A stretch of 64,000 nt of DNA from the NCBI GenBank assembly GCA_951406725.2, contig OX597817.1, positions 120,280,001 to 120,344,000 on the forward strand. Direction: 5' to 3'. The position numbers and the translations under genes were made by a program. The stretch's first letter is position 1; each line of letters starts with the position of its first letter. Source of the DNA: Octopus vulgaris. Lineage: Eukaryota. Positions 62,004 through 64,000 of the stretch are shown here, piece after piece. The notes under the pieces are model-generated. The model was not told the DNA's origin. It ran no database searches and saw only the letters and a program-made list of their open reading frames with translations.

Positions 62004-63101
62004 TTACACCTTTATATATAATTCTCAGCACAGTGTGACATAAAATCGGTATTTTAATGTGTAGTAAATGGCTGTTTAAGATTCTGTAACCCGTATATAG
62101 AGGCATAAAGCCCTAGAATCTGATAAATGGCTGACAATTAATATCAAACTATTCAACATCTGCAGTTATTTATTTTTTATTTATTATGGTAAATTGCAAA
62201 AAAATAAAACTAGATTAAACTTTCTTTAAATGTTTAAAACCAGAATAAATATAACAATCTTATTTGTTAATCTGTCTAAAGACCAAGCAATAAATAGCTG
62301 CCAAAACACTTTGACAATAAAAATGATATATTACACATCATGGCTTTACTTATCATCATGATTTATTTGATAAGAATAAATTTCATTTAACTAAAACAAC
62401 AGAAATAAAATTATAGTAAATAATTTTTTTTTTTTAAATACATTACTAAACTCCTACCTAAAATTCAACTTTATTGATAAGTAGTTTAGAGCTATAAAAT
62501 AAAGCCTTAAAGCTGTGTTTATAATGCCAGAATAATTGAACCAAATACCAATATATTACAATCTGATGTCAACATTGCAATAATGACAAGGTGTGATAAT
62601 ACAGAAACATATCTGGTATAAACAAATATCAGATTTTCCCTGAAGCATTAGAATAAAATTTTTTTTTAATTAAATCTCTATTTCTGAAACTTATCTCAAC
62701 TTTTTTTCTGGGAACCACCAAAGAGACTTGTGAGGCTATTGTTTTTTAACTCGAGTCAATATGGAAATTTCAGTTCATGAGCATATTTTCATATATGCCA
62801 TCAGGGCATCAGTGCTTTTTTGATTTATTATAACGATTAAGTTTACCCACCAAATGTAAACAAATACAAAAATTGGATATGACTAGTTAATATTCAGTTA
62901 ATAAATAGCTGTCCAGTTCCAATAATATTGTTTCAATTATCTAGTTATGATATTCTATCTACAACTATAGTAGCTTCATTTGTTAATGTCACTGAAAAAG
63001 TGACTATTTTATTTCAAAACTAAATAATATTACTAAAGGAGAGATGTGACAGAAATGAAATTTGGACCAGTAGTTCCTTGACTTGTCTATTTCACAGACA
63101 A

Positions 63102-63330
63102 ACAGTACCATCTTAAGGCATGATTACACTGGGCCGTTGCCCAGGAGCCTCATAGATATGAATTGGGCTCCTAGATCCATGAGGCAACGGCCCAGTGTAA
63201 TCATGCCTTAAGATGGCCTAGGGGCCTAATTCTGATCTGTGTACACTGTGGCTTGCTAACAATTAGAAAATACTATGGGACCCAGTGCATTTGCCCAGGG
63301 GTCTATAATGCTCAGGCATTATAGGCCCAC
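63102..63330 (+). mobile_element. MITE with an internal perfect 34-bp inverted duplication of its 5' end
   Basis: 63108-63141 and 63183-63216 are exact reverse complements; the rest aligns with 14736-14904. Confidence 0.8.
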
Positions 63331-64000
63331 TGTCAACAACAAAGTGTCCAACAACATGAAGTATCTTCTGATAATTCAAGAACTGTCATCAAGATACACT
63401 GAAATGATTGCATATGAAAGTCAAATCACTAACTTATTTCTCTGAATCACTCTAGAACACAACAAATAGCAATCCAAATTCATAGTTGTATCTATGCTTT
63501 TTTTTTTTAACAAGATAAGAGGAAATGTTGAGGTAACATATAGATATAAGTCAATGTGTGAAAAATAAAGAAATAATAATAGAAGTTGTCATTAACACAG
63601 ACATGCGCTCAGACATTTATTGAAAGAAAGACCACAAGAAAGGCTAAGATTAATTAATCTTGACATATATCCAGGTTGATCGAGTGGAGTCAAAAAGAAT
63701 TATATAAACTCGGTCAGTGAAAATGTATCAGCTCTATTAAAAGATTCTCTTGCATTCAAAAGCTTTAATGCTTTCAAGAGCAACTACTATGTTCTCATAG
63801 ATGTTTGCATGTGACAAGTGCGACATCAATATTTTTTGACAGAATGGATTGAAAAATATTAGATGGAGCAGTGCAGAAGTTGAAATGTTTTGTTTTGATC
63901 ATCTATGAGAGATAGGATGTTTAAACAAAAAGTAAATTTAAAGATTAGAGAGATTGAAATTGTTTGAAATGGAAAAAAACAAATGTTCTGTTATCTTTGG

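Overview
AT-rich, repeat-dense eukaryotic DNA; the SINE families, microsatellites and element types look like an Octopus (coleoid cephalopod) genome, which is my inference and not a database result. I find no intact host protein-coding gene. The ORF track consists of decayed transposon frames and chance or microsatellite ORFs, and a few minus-strand exon-like segments suggest the window may lie inside a large transcription unit. Content: decayed Penelope-like retroelements (PLEs) of the Naiad type (RT plus CxCx5C-GIY-YIG), three decayed mariner transposons, piggyBac (TTAA) MITEs, L1/Tx1 and RTE fragments, and at least five SINE families. The main hidden signal is a set of minimal type-I hammerhead ribozyme (HHR) motifs in short non-autonomous elements. 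These are a tRNA-headed SINE-like element with an HHR (7.1-7.35 kb), a three-copy family with non-canonical CUG(U/C)UGA cores (27.9, 29.4, 54.0 kb), and long fold-back palindromes carrying HHRs or HHR remnants (52.1-52.5 kb, 59.9-60.3 kb, 27.45-27.8 kb), mostly next to (TA)n/(CA)n tracts. Together they suggest a PLE-driven, retrozyme-like family of self-cleaving RNAs. All structures and translations were worked out by eye, so element boundaries are approximate.
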